Of a stretch of 64,000 nucleotides of DNA, positions 63,421-64,000 are shown piece by piece. The notes beneath the pieces are model-generated. The model saw only the letters and a program-made list of their open reading frames with translations. It did not search any database and was not told the origin of the DNA. Within the stretch, counting starts at the first letter, position 1. Every line of letters starts with the position of its first letter. Location: positions 94,467 to 158,466 of the forward strand of contig CALJRU010000030.1 in the NCBI GenBank assembly GCA_937976375.1. Direction: 5' to 3'. Both the position numbers and the translations under genes were made by a program. Origin of the DNA: an uncultured Peptococcaceae bacterium (GTDB lineage: Bacteria > Bacillota > Peptococcia > Peptococcales > Peptococcaceae).

Positions 63421-64000
63421 TCACTGTTGCAAAATACGTTCGTGTTTTTCTTCCAATTCGGCCCAGCGGTCCATTTTCGCTTCAAGCTGGGCAGCGGCGG
63501 CATCGCGTTCCTCGGTCAGTGCCAAGAGTTTGCTGTACTGGGTCGCGTTGGCCGCCATTTCTTTTTCCAGACGCGAAATGGTTTCTTCGAGCATGGCAAT
63601 GTCGTCTTCGATGGTGTCGTATTCACGCTGCTCTTTGAACGAAAATTTGAGCTTGGCTGGCTGCTTTGGGCGGCTGGCCTTTTCTTTTTTGACCGGCTCG
63701 GCTTTTTCGCTGACCGGCTCTGGCCGCTTCTCAAGATAGCTGGAAAAATCACCGGCGTAGAGCTTCAAAGCGCCGTCTGCTTCATACGCCAGAATGCTGG
63801 TGCAGATGCGGTCGAGAAAATAGCGGTCATGGCTGACAGCGACGATTGGCCCTGGAAAATGCTCCAGATAATCTTCCAGCACCTGCAAGGTGCCAATGTC
63901 AAGATCATTGGTCGGCTCGTCGAGAAAGAGCACATTGTTCTGTTCCATGAGGATCGACAGCAGATAGAGACGACGGCATTCCCCGCCGGAAAGCTGACGG
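63421..64000 (-). CDS. ABC-F family ATPase, C-terminal part (N-terminus beyond window end)
   Basis: The frame stays open past 64000 and shows RQLSGGECRRLYLLSIL...LFLDEPTNDLD (signature and Walker B). K/E-rich coiled-coil C-terminal tail. Confidence 0.7.
   Translation of the reverse strand, partial: RQLSGGECRRLYLLSILMEQNNVLFLDEPTNDLDIGTLQVLEDYLEHFPGPIVAVSHDRYFLDRICTSILAYEADGALKLYAGDFSSYLEKRPEPVSEKAEPVKKEKASRPKQPAKLKFSFKEQREYDTIEDDIAMLEETISRLEKEMAANATQYSKLLALTEERDAAAAQLEAKMDRWAELEEKHERILQQ

Noticed and set aside
1-64000. CRISPR arrays, rRNA genes, transposases/IS elements, toxin-antitoxin or known defence-system genes
   Set aside because: Scanned both strands. Outside the features listed, there are no spaced short-repeat arrays, no rRNA-like segments, no transposase/integrase-like ORFs, and no ATPase/nuclease pairs typical of defence systems.

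Overview
The window looks like a ~50% GC Firmicutes chromosome. The core gene order is Bacillus-like (radA-disA-yacL-ispD-ispF-mrnC-thyA-dfrA-rlmB-yacP, then a tRNA operon; cdaA-cdaR-glmM; acpS-nnr) and the SRP RNA is the long Alu-domain type. The contents, left to right:

- 1 to ~17.9 kb: the right-hand ~18 kb of a contractile-tailed (PBSX/myovirus-like) prophage. It carries head morphogenesis, scaffold and capsid genes, then tail sheath, tube, a chaperone with a -1 frameshift site, tape measure, a tail lysozyme/M23 hydrolase, baseplate, an AT-rich fibre gene, holin and an amidase endolysin. A tRNA-Thr sits inside the head region between two 26-bp direct repeats. The prophage ends next to a host tRNA-Ser.
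- 18.1 to 25.5 kb: an accessory-looking block bounded by tRNA-Ser and SRP RNA. It holds a membrane-anchored XRE regulator, an MFS-CBS fusion transporter, MarR, a TauE/SafE permease, Crp/Fnr, a cytoplasmic aryl-sulfotransferase-like propeller gene with strongly biased codon usage, and a 2-hydroxyacid dehydrogenase.
- 25.5 to 26.0 kb: SRP RNA and an unusual tRNA-Glu(CUC), each with its own promoter and terminator.
- 26.0 to 32.0 kb: an ECF sigma factor with a polytopic putative anti-sigma, a GntR(YtrA)-ABC operon with tandemly duplicated permeases, an NfsA-type nitroreductase and two tRNA-Thr genes.
- 41.5 to 48.2 kb: LysR, an anion-type permease, and two tandem ferredoxin plus SdhA/FrdA/AprA-family flavoprotein pairs separated by a 33-nt perfect palindrome. 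This is the best candidate for an uncharacterised reductase system.
- 48.6 to 53.6 kb: a gtrA-gtrB-gtrII glucosylation module convergent with a two-component system.
- The rest is housekeeping: CorA, DUF218, a C39-like protein and a partial ABC-F.

All calls are from reading the sequence and the ORF translations; no database searches were run.
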